Positions 22,486 to 32,661 of a stretch of DNA of 64,000 nt are shown piece after piece. The stretch is from NCBI GenBank assembly GCA_019744845.1, contig JAIETW010000002.1:5759-69758 (forward strand). The letters are read 5' to 3'. A model generated the notes under the pieces. It did not search any database. It was given only the letters and a program-made list of their open reading frames with translations, and was not told the origin of the DNA. Origin of the DNA: Patescibacteria group bacterium (lineage in GTDB: Bacteria; Patescibacteriota; Minisyncoccia; Phycocordibacterales; Phycocordibacteraceae). The position numbers and the translations under genes are program-made. Position 1 is the first letter of the stretch, and every line of letters begins with the position of its first letter.

Positions 22486-22896
22486 ATGCGCGTACTCTTT
22501 GTGTGCCGAGCCAATGCTGGAAGAAGTCAAATCGCTGAGGCGTACTATAACGCCCTTACAGGTACGAAGGATGCAGCAAGTGCAGGGCTTGATCTGGGAA
22601 ATTCAGTTATGGGTGAGGATCCAACGGTGCCCGAAATGGTGGTAACGGTCATGAAAGAAGAGGGGTTAGATGTATCGCATAACCGTAGAGACGCACTTAC
22701 CGAGGCAATGGTAGCTGCAGTGGATAGAGTTATCGTGATTACCGACTACCCTCTCCCAGAGTATTTGGCCTCCTCTCCCAAACTAGAGATATGGGAGGGC
22801 ATTCCAGACGCAGTCCGTACTCCGATAGAATTTCACCGCCAGGTACGGGACATGGTGAAGAGGAAAGTGGAGGATATGGTGGCAGCTGGAAGATAG
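22486..22896 (+). CDS. Low-molecular-weight phosphatase family protein (ArsC/LMW-PTP)
   Basis: VLFVCRANAGRSQIAEAYY contains the CX5R(S/T) P-loop of LMW PTP/arsenate reductases. Confidence 0.7.
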   Translation: MRVLFVCRANAGRSQIAEAYYNALTGTKDAASAGLDLGNSVMGEDPTVPEMVVTVMKEEGLDVSHNRRDALTEAMVAAVDRVIVITDYPLPEYLASSPKLEIWEGIPDAVRTPIEFHRQVRDMVKRKVEDMVAAGR

Positions 22897-22925
22897 AAAG
22901 GATTTCTGGTAGTATCGCGAGGCGA

Positions 22926-23001
22926 GCACGCTTAGCTCAGTTGGTAGAGCACTCGACTGATACTCGAGCGGTCCTAGGTTCGAATCCTAGAGCGTGCACC
23001 A
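22926..23001 (+). tRNA. tRNA-Ile (anticodon GAT)
   Basis: Cloverleaf: acceptor gcacgct/agcgtgc, D-arm gctc-agttggta-gagc, anticodon arm ctcga-ctGATac-tcgag, T-arm ctagg-ttcgaat-cctag, discriminator A + encoded CCA. Confidence 0.85.
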
Positions 23002-23056
23002 GTTATATACATGTAGCGATGATATAGCCCCCGCATGGGGGCTATACTGTTTCTAT

Positions 23057-23554
23057 ATGAAGCGAGACGTCATCATCATTGTGCTTATGTGTGTGGTCGC
23101 CATTGGCCTTGGAGCCTGGCTCTATGTGATGGGGGTAGAGAATAGGGTGCCACAGGCACAAGAGGCGGCAGTATCTTTTAGCGTGATTGCGGAAGGCACC
23201 AATGCCTCTCTTACAGATCGTAAGAATTTTAAGGTTGAGAGTCGCGAACAGTTGGAGCAAGTATGGGCCCACGCATACGGGCAGACGACTGTCGCACTCC
23301 CTACGGTTGATTTTGAGAAGTACCAGGTACTTGCGGTATTCGGAGGACAGAAGAACAGTGGTGGGCACACGGTTGCCGTCAAAGAAGTCGTAGATACTGA
23401 AAACACGCGTCGTATTACGATTACGCACAGCGCTCCTGGGAGTTCTTGTATTACGACCCAGGCGCTCACGAGCCCCTTCCAGTTTGTACGGGTAGAAAAG
23501 AGCGATGCTCGCATAGAGCGTAAGGATGAGACGGTGACCGTCGCCTGCGACTAA
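23057..23554 (+). CDS. Membrane-anchored PrcB C-terminal-domain-like protein
   Basis: TM helix then QVLAVFGGQKNSGGHTVAVKEV...ITITHSAPGSSCITTQALTSPFQFVRV resembling the PrcB_C family; start at internal ATG (MKRDVIII...) to avoid tRNA overlap. Confidence 0.45.
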   Translation: MKRDVIIIVLMCVVAIGLGAWLYVMGVENRVPQAQEAAVSFSVIAEGTNASLTDRKNFKVESREQLEQVWAHAYGQTTVALPTVDFEKYQVLAVFGGQKNSGGHTVAVKEVVDTENTRRITITHSAPGSSCITTQALTSPFQFVRVEKSDARIERKDETVTVACD

Positions 23555-23575
23555 TTCTCCTGGTAGGATGCATCT

Positions 23576-24898
23576 ATGGATGCATCTTCCTTTTTTAAGG
23601 GAAAGAAGATAACGGTCATGGGGCTTGGTCTCCTTGGCCGAGGAGTAGGGGATGTGCGCTTTCTCGTTGAACACGGGGCAGAGGTCATAGTGACTGACCT
23701 AAAAAGTGAAGTAGACCTCGCCCCTTCACTTGACGCTCTCAAGGACTTGAAGGGAATTACGTATCATCTTGGTACACACCATCTTGAAGATTTTAGTGGA
23801 AGAGATCTTATTCTTAAGGCGCCGAACACTCCTACAGACTCCATATATATAAAGGAGGCGCTACGGAACGGTATTCCAGTAACTATGTCTACGGCACTCT
23901 TCGCACGCTTTGCGCGCGAAGCGGGGGCAACGTTAGTGGGCATTACAGGTACCCGTGGAAAGACCACTACCACTGAGATGATCGCGCACGTTCTCCGTGT
24001 TGCGGGGAAGCAGGTACTCCGCGGGGGGAATATTCGTGGTATCTCTACACTCGCACTTCTTCCCGAAGTGACAAAGGACACCATTGCGGTGCTTGAACTT
24101 GATTCATGGCAGCTCCAAGGTTTTGGGGCGGAACGCATGAGTCCTGATGTGTCGGTCTTCACGACCTTTTACCCAGACCACATGGACTACTACGCAGGAG
24201 ATATGCAGAAATATCTTGCGGACAAAGCGGAGATATTCTTGCATCAGCGTTCGGGCGATACGTTGGTACTTGGTCAGGCCGCTACAGAAGTAGTGCCTGC
24301 GTATCCTGCGCTCCCGGTCGGTCCTATTACGGTTACCGCGCACGATGCGGAGGACCTCAAACTATCCGTTCCAGGTATTCATAATCTTGCGAATGCGGCA
24401 TGTGCACGTGCCGCAGTGCGAGCACTTGGCATACAGGAAGAGACCATTACGCAGGCGCTTGAGTCATTTAAAGGAGTCACGGGACGTCTAGAGTTTGTGC
24501 GTGAAGTGAATGGGGTGCTGTACTACAACGACACGACTGCCACGACGCCTGAGGCAACCATTGCTGCGCTTCGTGCGCTTTCCGAAGGGGGGCGGCGCAT
24601 CATTCTTATTATGGGTGGATCTGACAAGGGCCTTACTATGCATGCGCTCATAGAAGAACTTCCACGACGTACGAAGCGCACGATCTTTCTTGCTGGCACT
24701 GGCACCGATCGCATTATGCCGTTTCTGCATGACGCGTCGGTATTCGGAGACTTGAAAGCTGCTTTTGACGAAGCGGTACGCTACGCCTCTCCCGGAGATG
24801 TAGTAGTACTGTCTCCCGCCTTTGCCTCATTCGGCATGTTTAAGAATGAGTATGAGCGAGGGGATCAATACATAGAACTCGTGCACGCGCTTACATGA
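23576..24898 (+). CDS. murD: UDP-N-acetylmuramoylalanine--D-glutamate ligase
   Basis: KKITVMGLGLLGRGVGDVRFLVEHGAEVIVTD and Mur ligase P-loop GITGTRGKTTTTEMIAHVL. Confidence 0.85.
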   Translation: MDASSFFKGKKITVMGLGLLGRGVGDVRFLVEHGAEVIVTDLKSEVDLAPSLDALKDLKGITYHLGTHHLEDFSGRDLILKAPNTPTDSIYIKEALRNGIPVTMSTALFARFAREAGATLVGITGTRGKTTTTEMIAHVLRVAGKQVLRGGNIRGISTLALLPEVTKDTIAVLELDSWQLQGFGAERMSPDVSVFTTFYPDHMDYYAGDMQKYLADKAEIFLHQRSGDTLVLGQAATEVVPAYPALPVGPITVTAHDAEDLKLSVPGIHNLANAACARAAVRALGIQEETITQALESFKGVTGRLEFVREVNGVLYYNDTTATTPEATIAALRALSEGGRRIILIMGGSDKGLTMHALIEELPRRTKRTIFLAGTGTDRIMPFLHDASVFGDLKAAFDEAVRYASPGDVVVLSPAFASFGMFKNEYERGDQYIELVHALT

Positions 24899-25653
24899 TT
24901 GGAATCTTTGACTCAGGATCGGGAGGACTCACGGTACTTAAAGAAATACGTGCACGTATTCCATCAGCGAACATACTTTATTTTGGTGATATAAAGCACG
25001 CTCCGTACGGACCTAAGACACGCCAAGAACTTTTTGATTTAACAGGTGCTGCACTTACGAGGTTAAGTCACGGAGGGGCAACGAGCATTGTCAGCGCCTG
25101 TAATAGTGTGTCTACCTCGCTCACGCTCTCTCTTTTGGACAGCCTCTCTATTGCACCGGACCATCTCATAGAGATGGTAGGTCCTACAGTGCGCCATTTC
25201 AGAGATTCCGATGCGCGCATTGGGTTGGTTGCCACAGTCGCAACAATAGAGTCAGGAATATATCAAAGTGCGTTTCATATGATCGGAAAAGAAGTAGAGG
25301 CCATAGCGATCCCTGAACTCGCAGGCGCCATAGAGCAGGGCGTTGGTGCGTCGGGGATTGAGGAGATTATTCGCGCTGCTCTTTCTGGGAAAGAGGACGC
25401 GTATGATGTGCTCGTGCTTGCATGTACCCATTACCCACTCGTCACGGAACAGTTTAGAAAGGTGCTCGCGTCTAGAACCGAGATATACGATCCTGCAGTT
25501 GCAGTAGGAGCGCAGGTAGAGAGTATGTGGTGGCCGCGAGAAGTAGGGGAGGGCACGTTACGATTTGTCATTTCCGCAGACTCGTCTGTGTTTAGGCGCC
25601 TGGTGGGAAATCTGTTTCCAGAAGGCGGGTATGAGATAGAAGTGGTACCCTAA
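24895..25653 (+). CDS. murI: Glutamate racemase
   Basis: IGIFDSGSGGLTVLKEI... and ACTHYPL motif. Confidence 0.85.
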   Translation: MIGIFDSGSGGLTVLKEIRARIPSANILYFGDIKHAPYGPKTRQELFDLTGAALTRLSHGGATSIVSACNSVSTSLTLSLLDSLSIAPDHLIEMVGPTVRHFRDSDARIGLVATVATIESGIYQSAFHMIGKEVEAIAIPELAGAIEQGVGASGIEEIIRAALSGKEDAYDVLVLACTHYPLVTEQFRKVLASRTEIYDPAVAVGAQVESMWWPREVGEGTLRFVISADSSVFRRLVGNLFPEGGYEIEVVP

Positions 25654-25660
25654 CGAGGAT

Positions 25661-26920
25661 ATGAAGAACGTGTACATGATAGGGATAGGAGGCATTGGCA
25701 TGAGCGCACTCGCGCAGCTCTATGCTGACCAAGGAGTCTCTGTGTCTGGATCTGACAGAGAAGAAAGCCCCACGACGGACCTTCTGGCGAAGAAGGGTAT
25801 CTTGGTCACGATCGGGCAAAAGGGGGAGAATGTGCCAACTGATGCAGAGTGTGTGGTCTATACCGAAGCAGCATGGGAAGACAATCCAGAACGTATGCGC
25901 GCCAAAGAACTGGGTCTTCCAGAACGATCGTACTTTGAAGCACTCGGGGATGTATCAAACGGGAAGCGCACCATTGCGGTCTCTGGCACACACGGGAAGA
26001 CCACCACTACTGCCATGCTTGCACGAGTACTGAAGGATGCGGGCGCTGCACCGTCCGCAATTGTCGGTTCTATCGTAAAAGACTTTGGTTCTAATTATCT
26101 TTCCGGGACCTCCGATTGGCTCGTCGTAGAAGCATGCGAATACAAGCGTGATTTTCTCACCCTTTCTCCTGAGATCGTCGTTGTGACCAACGTAGAGTTT
26201 GATCACACGGATTACTACAAAGATCTTGCAGATGTGCAGAGTGCCTTTCGCTCGCTTATGGAGCGCGCAAAGATAGTGGTAACCGATACCGAGCATCCGA
26301 ACATCGCGCCACTCCTTTCTGGTCTTTCGGCGCAGATCGTGAACTATCGTGCAGAGCCTCAATACGCGGTGCTCCTCCCAGGAGAGTTCAACGTCATGAA
26401 TGCACAGGCTGCGGGAGCTGCTGCCCGTGCGGCGATGCCTGAGATAGCACAAGAAACTATCGTGCAGAGCCTTGGGGCATTTGAGGGTACCTGGAGGCGC
26501 TTTGAATACAAAGGCAAGAGTAAGAGAGGTGCAGACGTGTATGACGACTATGCGCATCATCCAACCGCAATAGAGAAGACACTGAAAGAATTGCGGAAGC
26601 GTACGGATGGAAAGATCTACGTCGCATTCCATCCGCATCTGTACAGCCGTACCCGCGATCTTTTGGAAGGATTCTCTAAGGCCTTTACTGACGCAGATCG
26701 TGTAGTCATCGCTCCTATTTATCCTGCACGTGAAATAGATGACGGAAGTATTTCAAGCGCAATGCTTGCTGCACGCATTCAAGAAAATGGCACTGAAGCA
26801 AAAGCAGGAGATTTCGTAGAGATCAGACGATTCTTTGAGACAGAGCCGGGCCCAGGCGATATCATCATGACCATGGGGGCAGGGGATATATATAAGGTCG
26901 CCGACGAACTTGTCGCATAA
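25661..26920 (+). CDS. murC: UDP-N-acetylmuramate--L-alanine ligase
   Basis: VYMIGIGGIGMSALAQLYADQGVSVSGSD; GTHGKTTTTAMLARVL. Confidence 0.85.
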   Translation: MKNVYMIGIGGIGMSALAQLYADQGVSVSGSDREESPTTDLLAKKGILVTIGQKGENVPTDAECVVYTEAAWEDNPERMRAKELGLPERSYFEALGDVSNGKRTIAVSGTHGKTTTTAMLARVLKDAGAAPSAIVGSIVKDFGSNYLSGTSDWLVVEACEYKRDFLTLSPEIVVVTNVEFDHTDYYKDLADVQSAFRSLMERAKIVVTDTEHPNIAPLLSGLSAQIVNYRAEPQYAVLLPGEFNVMNAQAAGAAARAAMPEIAQETIVQSLGAFEGTWRRFEYKGKSKRGADVYDDYAHHPTAIEKTLKELRKRTDGKIYVAFHPHLYSRTRDLLEGFSKAFTDADRVVIAPIYPAREIDDGSISSAMLAARIQENGTEAKAGDFVEIRRFFETEPGPGDIIMTMGAGDIYKVADELVA

Positions 26921-26923
26921 GGT

Positions 26924-27601
26924 ATGGGAACACTCTCGGTCGTCGCAACCCCTATAGGCAATCTCGGAGACATTACACTCCGCGCGATTGATACATTGAA
27001 AGAGGCAGATATGATTGCCTGCGAAGATACCCGTGTCACCGCAAAGCTTCTTGCGCGCTACGACATACGAAAGCCGCTCATGATCTTCCATGCGCAAAGT
27101 GGACGTCTTGCGAGCGAGCGTATCCTTGCCAATCTGGCAGAGGGGAAGCGAGTTGCACTCGTGACCGATGCAGGCACCCCTGGGATTAGTGATCCTGGGA
27201 ATGAGCTTGTTGCAGAGGTGCGTCGTCGCTTGCCTGACATACGTATAGAGGCCATACCAGGTCCTTCTGCTCTTACTGCCGCCCTCTCCATTGCGGGTGT
27301 ACGAAGTCACGAGTTTACCTTCCTCGGCTTCCTACCGCACAAGAAAGGCCGCCAGACCCTGTTTAAGGAGATCGCATCTATGCCACGCGCAGTGGTGTTC
27401 TACGAGTCCCCACACCGCATAGGGAAGGCGCTTGCCTCCCTCGCAGAGGTGCTTCCTCTCGGGCGCACTGTGACTGTCGCGCGCGAGCTGACCAAGATCT
27501 ATGAGTCAGTCGTGCAAGGTACACCTCAGGAGGTTGAAGAGTACTTCAAGGCACACCCAGGAGAAGAACGGGGTGAATTTGTGGTCATTGTGTCACCTTG
27601 A
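26924..27601 (+). CDS. rsmI: 16S rRNA (cytidine1402-2'-O)-methyltransferase
   Basis: GTLSVVATPIGNLGDITLRAIDTLKEADMIACEDTRVTAKLL tetrapyrrole-methylase-fold RsmI signature. Confidence 0.85.
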   Translation: MGTLSVVATPIGNLGDITLRAIDTLKEADMIACEDTRVTAKLLARYDIRKPLMIFHAQSGRLASERILANLAEGKRVALVTDAGTPGISDPGNELVAEVRRRLPDIRIEAIPGPSALTAALSIAGVRSHEFTFLGFLPHKKGRQTLFKEIASMPRAVVFYESPHRIGKALASLAEVLPLGRTVTVARELTKIYESVVQGTPQEVEEYFKAHPGEERGEFVVIVSP

Positions 27602-27834
27602 TACACTACACTCTCATGTCACGCGCACGCACCCTTATTTTGCTCGGAGTTCTCGTCGCTCTTGCTCCATTCCTTGGTCTCCCAATGTGGCTTCTGATGT
27701 GGGTGCTTCCTATTCTCGGTCTCATGATTCTATTGACCGGGCTTTCACTCCGTACTCGTCGTGTGCGCGAGGAACCACAGCCACCCGCACCTGCTCCTTC
27801 GTTTGATATTCATGAGCCGACGCAAAGTCAATAA
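27598..27834 (+). CDS. Small membrane protein
   Basis: 78 aa with two TM helices and Pro-rich tail; overlaps next gene in different frame. Confidence 0.4.
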   Translation: MIHYTLMSRARTLILLGVLVALAPFLGLPMWLLMWVLPILGLMILLTGLSLRTRRVREEPQPPAPAPSFDIHEPTQSQ

Positions 27835-28891
27835 TACGGGGATCACCCTTATCGCGCTTGCGGTACTTCTTCCCGCAGGAGCACTTGCACTTCCATACGC
27901 GGCAAGCACGGTGTACGAGAAGGGAGGCGAGTACACAGAAGTCGCAAAGGTAGAAAAGAAAAAAGAAGAAGAGAAGCTTGATACTGCGGCATACGACAAG
28001 AAGATGATGTATCTCGCACATCGCGAGAATGAGCTTGCCACCACAAGTACGACGACCGTAGACCACCTGTGGCCAGTAGACGATGCACCGTATCCAAAGC
28101 CAGGTGCGCTTCTTCCATTCAATCGTATCGTCGCGTACTACGGAAACTTCTATTCAACGAGGATGGGTATTCTTGGAGAGTATTCCGAAGAGGAAGTCAT
28201 TCGTCGTTTGAAGGAAGAGAAGGCAGCGTGGGAAGCGGCAGATCCAGAGACTCCCGTCATCATGGGCATTGACTACATCGCGATGACGGCACAGGGAACT
28301 CCTCAGGAGGACGGAAAGTATCGTCTCCATATGCCAAACAGTCACATTGATCGTGCGGTCGCAATGGCGAAGAAGGTAGACGGCATTGTGATTCTTGAGC
28401 TCCAGATTGGGTACTCTACTCTTGAGGAAGAATTGCCGTGGCTTGAGAAATATCTTTCTATGCCTGAAGTGCATTTGGCGCTTGACCCCGAGTTCTCCAT
28501 GAAACCAGGAGCACTTCCTCCAGGAGATGAAATAGGCACCTTCTCCTCAGCGGATATTAACTATGCCGCAACGTATCTTCAGTCCTTGGTACAGAAGCAC
28601 AATCTTCCGCCTAAGATTCTTGTCGTGCACCGCTTTACACACAATATGGTGACGGGGTATCAGAACATTAAGCCGCTACCTGAAGTACAAATCGTTATGG
28701 TGATGGACGGATGGGGCTTTGGTGCAAAGAAGATCAATACGTACAACCAGGTGATTTATCCTGAGCCGGTTCAGTTCACCGGGTTCAAGATCTTCTATAA
28801 GAATGATTTGAAACCGCCGTCCACACGTCTTCTTACTCCCGCAGAAGTACTTGAGCTGACTCCTTCACCATCCTTCATTCAGTATCAATAG
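27812..28891 (+). CDS. Secreted hypothetical protein, possible TIM-barrel glycoside-hydrolase-like fold
   Basis: Signal peptide/TM (ITLIALAVLLPAGALALPYAAS); ...GIVILELQIGY...ILVVHRFTH...VMVMDGWG pattern; start at ATG 27812 (MSRRKV). Confidence 0.5.
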   Translation: MSRRKVNNTGITLIALAVLLPAGALALPYAASTVYEKGGEYTEVAKVEKKKEEEKLDTAAYDKKMMYLAHRENELATTSTTTVDHLWPVDDAPYPKPGALLPFNRIVAYYGNFYSTRMGILGEYSEEEVIRRLKEEKAAWEAADPETPVIMGIDYIAMTAQGTPQEDGKYRLHMPNSHIDRAVAMAKKVDGIVILELQIGYSTLEEELPWLEKYLSMPEVHLALDPEFSMKPGALPPGDEIGTFSSADINYAATYLQSLVQKHNLPPKILVVHRFTHNMVTGYQNIKPLPEVQIVMVMDGWGFGAKKINTYNQVIYPEPVQFTGFKIFYKNDLKPPSTRLLTPAEVLELTPSPSFIQYQ

Positions 28892-30424
28892 ATGGTGCAT
28901 GGGGCGTATATAATAGGGAACATGGATAATCCCGATCGGGTAACGTACTTTGCCGCCACCGACACGCGTGGAAAGCGCATTCCATTTGGGATCAAACAGA
29001 AAGATCGTGCCCGTCACATGTATGTGATTGGGAAGTCAGGCGTGGGGAAGACGACCATGATTGATAACATGGCGATTCAAGATATCCGCAATGGAGAAGG
29101 GTTTGCGTACCTTGATCCTCACGGCGGCTCAGCGGAGCGACTTTTGGACTATGTGCCGCAGAGCCGTATGCGCGATGTGATCTACTTCGCACCGTATGAG
29201 ACGGAGCACCCACTTGCGCTCAACATCATAGAAGATGTGCCGTATGAAAAGCGGCACCTCGTGCTCTCTAGCCTCATGGGCATTTTTAAGAGCATCTGGG
29301 CGGACTCATGGACTCCACGTTTTGAGTATGTGCTCAGTAATACGCTTCTTGCACTTCTTGAGCACCCAGAAGCAACACTCTTGTCGGTCACGCGTTTGTA
29401 TAACGACGAGGCGTACCGGAAAGAGATTGTTGAAAATCTTAAGGATCCAATCGCAAAGAAGTTTTGGATTAGTGAATTTCCAACCGCAGATGATCCTGCG
29501 TTTAAGGAAGCAGTATCTGCGATCACAGGGAAGATAGATCAGATGGCGCTTGATCCACTCATGCGCAGCATCATTGGATCTCCGAAATCATCCTTCAACA
29601 TGCGCCGCATTATGGACGAGCGGAAGATCCTTCTCATCAATCTTCCAAAAGGATTAGTGGGGGAGACGAATATGCAGTTGATTGGGAGTATTCTTGCCAC
29701 ACGCATCTTTCTTGCCGCAATGAGTCGTGCGGATGTTCCGGCCGCAAAGATGCCTGAACTCCCACACTTCTATTTTTATGTAGACGAGTTCCAGAATTTC
29801 TCTAACCACACCTTCTCAGAGATTTTGTCTGAAGCGCGTAAGTATCGGCTGGATCTCATCATCTCGCACCAATACATCGGGCAAATGGATCCGAAGATAC
29901 AGGCAGCGATATTTGGTAATGTCGGCACGCTTGTGGCGTTCCGTGTCGGTCCTTTTGACGCAGAAGTACTTGAACACGTGTTCGCGCCTGAGTTTAAGAA
30001 GGAAGGACTTATGAATCTTGGTCGTGCGCAGATCTATCTTTCTCTCATGATTGATAACGTGGGATCGCGTCCATTTTCTGCAGTGACTATTCCTCCGATT
30101 GAACCCCCTGCGCGTTCCTGGAAGCAGGAGGTAAAGCGGGCATCAGAGGAGCAATATTGTGGTGTACATGAGCATCAGGTCGCGCGACCTCTGCCTCCAG
30201 AAGGGGTGGCAGGAGATTTGAAGTCGTTGGTAGGGGCCATGACCGAGATTGTGAAAAAAGATAAAGAGAAGCAAGTAGAAGAGAAGAAAGCAGAACTAAA
30301 GACCACTCTTGAACAAGTGTTGAATGAGTCGCTCCCCGATACCACCCCAATCGCACGCACGGGTCCGGCGCCATTTGAGGTTCCTGAGGAAGAGCTTCGT
30401 GCCGTATTTAAGGAAGATGTATAA
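28892..30424 (+). CDS. VirD4/TraD-like (type IV secretion coupling-protein-like) P-loop ATPase, soluble
   Basis: Walker A YVIGKSGVGKTT, Walker B FYFYVDEFQNF; architecture of T4SS DNA-binding-domain ATPases but without TM segments. Confidence 0.6.
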   Translation: MVHGAYIIGNMDNPDRVTYFAATDTRGKRIPFGIKQKDRARHMYVIGKSGVGKTTMIDNMAIQDIRNGEGFAYLDPHGGSAERLLDYVPQSRMRDVIYFAPYETEHPLALNIIEDVPYEKRHLVLSSLMGIFKSIWADSWTPRFEYVLSNTLLALLEHPEATLLSVTRLYNDEAYRKEIVENLKDPIAKKFWISEFPTADDPAFKEAVSAITGKIDQMALDPLMRSIIGSPKSSFNMRRIMDERKILLINLPKGLVGETNMQLIGSILATRIFLAAMSRADVPAAKMPELPHFYFYVDEFQNFSNHTFSEILSEARKYRLDLIISHQYIGQMDPKIQAAIFGNVGTLVAFRVGPFDAEVLEHVFAPEFKKEGLMNLGRAQIYLSLMIDNVGSRPFSAVTIPPIEPPARSWKQEVKRASEEQYCGVHEHQVARPLPPEGVAGDLKSLVGAMTEIVKKDKEKQVEEKKAELKTTLEQVLNESLPDTTPIARTGPAPFEVPEEELRAVFKEDV

Positions 30425-31811
30425 AGGACTTTTCATTCTACTCATATTTTTTGTCGCAGATACTGCACATGCTGCAGTACGGATTAACGAGGTTGCGTGG
30501 ATGGGAACGGATGCGGGTGGGGCAAGTTGTGAGTGGGTAGAGTTGTTTAACGGAAGTGGAGAGACGGTAGATCTTTCTACATGGACACTCACCATACAAA
30601 ATGCGGGGAGCGCGACCTCAAAAGTGATTGCGCTTAACGAGGAGGGAAGTGCGGAGTTTTCAGGAATTGCAGGAAATGGGTATTACCTCATTGCACGCGA
30701 CTCAGGATCCTGTCGCTCACTTGCACCCGCCACGTCTGCAGACTGGCTCGGATCATTTGGCAGCGGTATTTCTAATACTGGTGCAGTACTTACCCTTTCC
30801 GAGGGGAGTACCATCGTAGATACGATTGACGCAGACGGTGGGTGGTCCTCGTCAATTGGTGGGAAGAATGTGTCAGGAAGTGCCAAGCAAACTCCTCAGT
30901 ACACCGGAAATGCATGGATTACTGCACTTCCAACTCCTCGCAGTGCGAATGCGACCACACCGGTAGATACGCTTCCAGATGATCATGACGATGTCGCCTC
31001 ATCTACTCCTGTAGTCACTATCGGAGGAAGTACGCCCGTTGTTCCTGCGGTAAGTCCGATTATTAAACTCTTTCTTGAACCCGGACCCAATCGGGTCGTA
31101 CCTGCGGGTGCCGATACTCCGTACGAGGTAATCGTGTATGACGCGACTGGAAAGCTGTACCCGCACGCGGACGTGACCTGGAGTTTTGGAGATGGTGGAT
31201 CACGAGGAGGGAAAAGCGTGTCCTATGCGTATCGTGAGCCGGGAGAATATCTTGCGGTCGTTCGCGCACGAGAGAAAGGGCAGTCTGCAGTGGCGACGGT
31301 GTCCGTGATTGCACAACCATTTCAAATTTCAATGGAGGAGGATACTGAACGAGGAGTGGTGATTGGAAACCACAGCCCGACTCTTGCGGACCTTTCCTCG
31401 TGGAAAATAAAAGCAGGGAAGAAGAGCTTCACCCTTCCGCCTGATACGGTGGTGCCCGCAGGGAAGTCAGTCTTGCTCTCGTCTCTGGTGACACGACTTC
31501 CGACTAGTACGCCTTCAGAACTTCTATACCCGAACGGAGAACGGGTCGCACTCCATACTCCCGAGCAACCTTCTCTCGCTTCCGAGAGTATAGAAGAGAG
31601 GCAGGAGGTCGTTCCCGCGGTAGCAGCCCCTAGAGTGGTTCCCACGTATGCCAAAGACCCCATAGCCCCCGCCGCGCAAGCACAACTTGCCGCGGTGGGG
31701 GCCGCAGTGCCGGGCAAGGTCATACTTAAAGGAGAGGCTGAGCCACTGAACGCTATTGGGTATTTCTTTGAGGACCTCCTTGCATCCTTTGCCTCTTTCA
31801 TCGTACGCTGA
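30417..31811 (+). CDS. Secreted lamin-tail-domain (LTD) protein
   Basis: Signal peptide then RINEVAWMGTDAGGASCEWVELFNGSGETVDLSTWTL (LTD signature); second LTD-like segment near C-terminus; 8-nt overlap with upstream ATPase gene. Confidence 0.6.
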   Translation: MYKGLFILLIFFVADTAHAAVRINEVAWMGTDAGGASCEWVELFNGSGETVDLSTWTLTIQNAGSATSKVIALNEEGSAEFSGIAGNGYYLIARDSGSCRSLAPATSADWLGSFGSGISNTGAVLTLSEGSTIVDTIDADGGWSSSIGGKNVSGSAKQTPQYTGNAWITALPTPRSANATTPVDTLPDDHDDVASSTPVVTIGGSTPVVPAVSPIIKLFLEPGPNRVVPAGADTPYEVIVYDATGKLYPHADVTWSFGDGGSRGGKSVSYAYREPGEYLAVVRAREKGQSAVATVSVIAQPFQISMEEDTERGVVIGNHSPTLADLSSWKIKAGKKSFTLPPDTVVPAGKSVLLSSLVTRLPTSTPSELLYPNGERVALHTPEQPSLASESIEERQEVVPAVAAPRVVPTYAKDPIAPAAQAQLAAVGAAVPGKVILKGEAEPLNAIGYFFEDLLASFASFIVR

Positions 31812-31818
31812 TCTGATT

Positions 31819-32661
31819 ATGTCTACTATTCTTGTGACCGGAGGAGCCGGGTTCATTGGCACCCATATGGTGCGTCGTTTAGTAGCAGACGGGCATAGTG
31901 TGATTGTGCTTGATAACTACTTCACTGGTTCAAAAGAAAATCATGTGCCAGGCGCGGAGTACAGAGAAGGGCACACGAAGGATATTAAGACTCTTATCCC
32001 GGAGAGCCCTGATCTTATTTTTCATCTTGGTGAATACTCACGCGTAGAGCGGAGCCTTTCAGAGCCTGAGGTCGTGTGGGATTTAAATAAAGACGGCACC
32101 TTTGCGGTGCTTGAGTTTGTACGAGAACGCGGAGGGAAACTCGTGTACGCAGGCTCATCAACGAAGTTTGGTGACGGAGGATTGAATCGTGACCAGACGC
32201 CATACGCATGGAGCAAGGCGACTAATACTGAACTCGTGCGTAACTATGGGCACTGGTACTCCATTCCATATGCCATTACCTATTTCTATAACGTGTATGG
32301 TCCAGGAGAGCTTGCGGGGAAGTACGGGACAGTGATTGAGATCTTTAAACAGAAAGTAAAGAACAGGGAACCTATCACGGTCACTGCACCAGGGACACAG
32401 AAGCGTAACTTCACGCATGTCGCCGATATTGTGGAAGGTCTCGTACGCGTGGGGAAGGATGGACTAGGGGATGACTTCGGTATTGGCGACGAGCGTTCCT
32501 ACTCCATTCTTGAAGTGGCACAAATGTTTGGTGGTGAAATTAAAATGATGCCCGAAGTACCCGGAAATCGTATGGGTTCTGATATTGATACGAGTAAGAT
32601 GCGGAAGCTTGGGTGGACGGCGACTCGCTCGCTTCCTGATTACATCCGCGAGTGCCAATGA
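31819..32661 (+). CDS. NAD-dependent epimerase/dehydratase (UDP-glucuronate decarboxylase-like)
   Basis: ILVTGGAGFIGTHMVRRL..., YxxxK context; start at ATG 31819. Confidence 0.75.
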   Translation: MSTILVTGGAGFIGTHMVRRLVADGHSVIVLDNYFTGSKENHVPGAEYREGHTKDIKTLIPESPDLIFHLGEYSRVERSLSEPEVVWDLNKDGTFAVLEFVRERGGKLVYAGSSTKFGDGGLNRDQTPYAWSKATNTELVRNYGHWYSIPYAITYFYNVYGPGELAGKYGTVIEIFKQKVKNREPITVTAPGTQKRNFTHVADIVEGLVRVGKDGLGDDFGIGDERSYSILEVAQMFGGEIKMMPEVPGNRMGSDIDTSKMRKLGWTATRSLPDYIRECQ

